From Ylistrum balloti (Eukaryota): 64,000 nt of DNA. Within the stretch, counting starts at the first letter, position 1, and every line of letters starts with the position of its first letter. A program made the position numbers and the translations under genes. The stretch is taken from positions 186,001 to 250,000 of the forward strand of contig NW_026782440.1 in assembly GCF_031769215.1 (NCBI RefSeq), written 5' to 3'. Shown here piece after piece: positions 62,024-64,000 of this stretch. Under the pieces are notes generated by a model. It worked only from the letters and a program-made list of their open reading frames with translations. It was not told the origin of the DNA and ran no database searches.

Positions 62024-64000
62024 TTGATATCGACTGAATTTGGAGGCATAATGTGAATTTAGTCTGTACTGTTGGAATATTATTTCTAAAAAACTGAAGC
62101 ATATTTCCGTACAGGGATCAAAACATCAATGACGCGTTCACAAAATATAAGGGAGACAAATCTTTGAACTATATGTGTGATGACAAATAACATTCAATGT
62201 TAGCAAACTTTAAAGCCAAATCTTACATGATATTGATAACGACATTCCATGTCGTGCTCAAAACATGTAATAGCCATATTTTAGAGGATATATATGACGA
62301 ATATTTATTGTGTTTTTCAACAAGACGGCAAAATCTGATATGAAACTATAATTTAAATGGGGGATAATTGTAGTAGATACTCAATAAGGTATTAACCAAG
62401 GAAAACTATTAGATTTTATTGTCTTATTATTACAGCGATATAAAAGAGTGTTGTCACATTTTATTGAAGATATGCCTTTTAATAGGCGTTATTAACTGAT
62501 AACTGATTAAACATCTAAAAAGGAACGGTCAGTAGAGTGCGAAAGTTTGTAATACCCAGAAAATCAAGCACTATTGAAAAGAGTCGGTAAGTCCCAAACT
62601 GGTGCGTAAAACGTTTTCTGATACGGTATCTGTAAATTTGGCAAACATGCTCATAATTCGAGCTTCATTCGTTTCTCCTTATTTATAACTATTATCGCAA
62701 CCTAGTATGTTTCCCATAACACTACATTTTAAGTCATTTGTAAGTCATGCAATTTTAGTTACATGAAAATACTGAACTGTATGATTCATGGTCTGTACAG
62801 GATTATTAAGTATTCTCTGTAGACGAATCCTTTTGTGACAATATTTTGAAATATTTGAAATTTTGAAGTCAATGATTAGTCATGTAACTTGTCAAAATGC
62901 ATTGAGTGATTAAGTTATTCTTTATATATATAAAATTACGTGTTGTGCTCATTTGCGATAAAGTTTGTTACACTATGTAATTTCTGTCGGTCATGATAAT
63001 TTATTCGCGTTGCGAGTGCGTCAAATGCATATTTGGTATTTTATTGCATCATTTTATTTTTAATTGTTTTAAAATTTCATTTGCATTACGTGTCTGTTGA
63101 GTCAACAAGAATATAATATGGAAATGGTTTTCTGGATGAAAACCACCAGTTAACATTTTATCACAAAACATTCCATGATTTAACATTTTTGATTTGTAAT
63201 CTTGGAATAATCTTTTACATATGGCTTTCAAATGTGTAATATTTGTATTTCAAGCACATAGCACACGTACGTTCCATTTCTTGCTACATCAAAATAAATA
63301 AATGATAGCTAAGTAGTTACCGTGGTCTATGTTTTAAAGCCATATCCAGAATAAACTTTTTTCAACAAATGAAATATCCTAATATAGGAAACTGATGTAA
63401 TTTGTTCATGGTTATCATTTCATGGGCAGATATAATTTGCGGATTAAGAGTTACCACGAATTTATTTAAAATGGAAATGTCTCAAAACTCAAAATCTTAT
63501 AGGAATTCATAGACTATTGTTCTGGCAATGCTCTATCAGCGACGTGCAGATCGATATAAGTTTTTCATGAAAGAGGCGTCGCCACAGTGCCTTCGTTAAA
63601 GCACGTTCAATTGTTCAATACTCTGTGGCGGAAATTTCTAATTCACATTATATTCTTCATTTTGTAAAATATTTCTATTTTATAAAAAACAAAAATAAAA
63701 AAGATAGTCACCTTTACATTAAATTCTTATTTTACATATTTCATATACGAATGAGCGAAAGTAGCATAGCAAGATTCGCTGTATAGTTTAAGGATTTCCT
63801 AGGAATAAACCTAGTGTTCTCTGCAAATTGCTGATTTTTTGGGATGGTATATATTTTTATCGTTATATATCCCTTGAATTCTAATTCGGCGTAAATGTGA
63901 AGCATGGACTCAAACAGTTGGATGTTGCTTGACATCAGCGTCACTTTAAACAAATCACATAAATGCAAAGATACTTGTATTTTGTCGGTAGGTACTGCAA

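Noticed and set aside
62100-64000. Possible further gene after peroxidase 2
   Set aside because: Only short AT-rich ORFs with no motifs and no consistent exon chain.

Overview
AT-rich eukaryotic (animal) genomic DNA with GT-AG spliceosomal introns. The repeat types suggest a bivalve mollusc, probably an oyster (inference). Four intron-containing genes were assembled by hand from splice sites, phase continuity and protein motifs. (1) RPP30 (RNase P/MRP subunit p30) on the minus strand, 10 coding exons from 17999 down to 2368; the terminal exon was not found. (2) B4GALT7 (xylosylprotein beta-1,4-galactosyltransferase) on the plus strand, 5 coding exons 22319-26460, head-to-head with RPP30 across a ~250-bp shared promoter. 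(3,4) A tandem pair of secreted animal haem peroxidases (peroxinectin/chorion-peroxidase-like) at 37102-45918 and 50793-62023, with identical 12-exon phase architecture. The window also holds a full-length but inactivated Tc1 (DD34E) transposon in RPP30 intron 4, Penelope-like RT remnants, several MITEs and non-autonomous repeats, four minisatellites and a 224-N assembly gap. Most notable observations: a 52-bp minisatellite that multiplies the exon-2 splice acceptor of peroxidase 2, where every decoy acceptor leads to an immediate stop; a remodelled haem pocket in peroxidase 1; a degenerate hammerhead ribozyme; a 146-bp IS3EU-like foldback element; and a 29-bp micro-MITE with a 7-bp target-site duplication. 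No prokaryotic-type system, CRISPR array, rRNA or tRNA gene was seen. All calls are from manual reading; no database searches were run.
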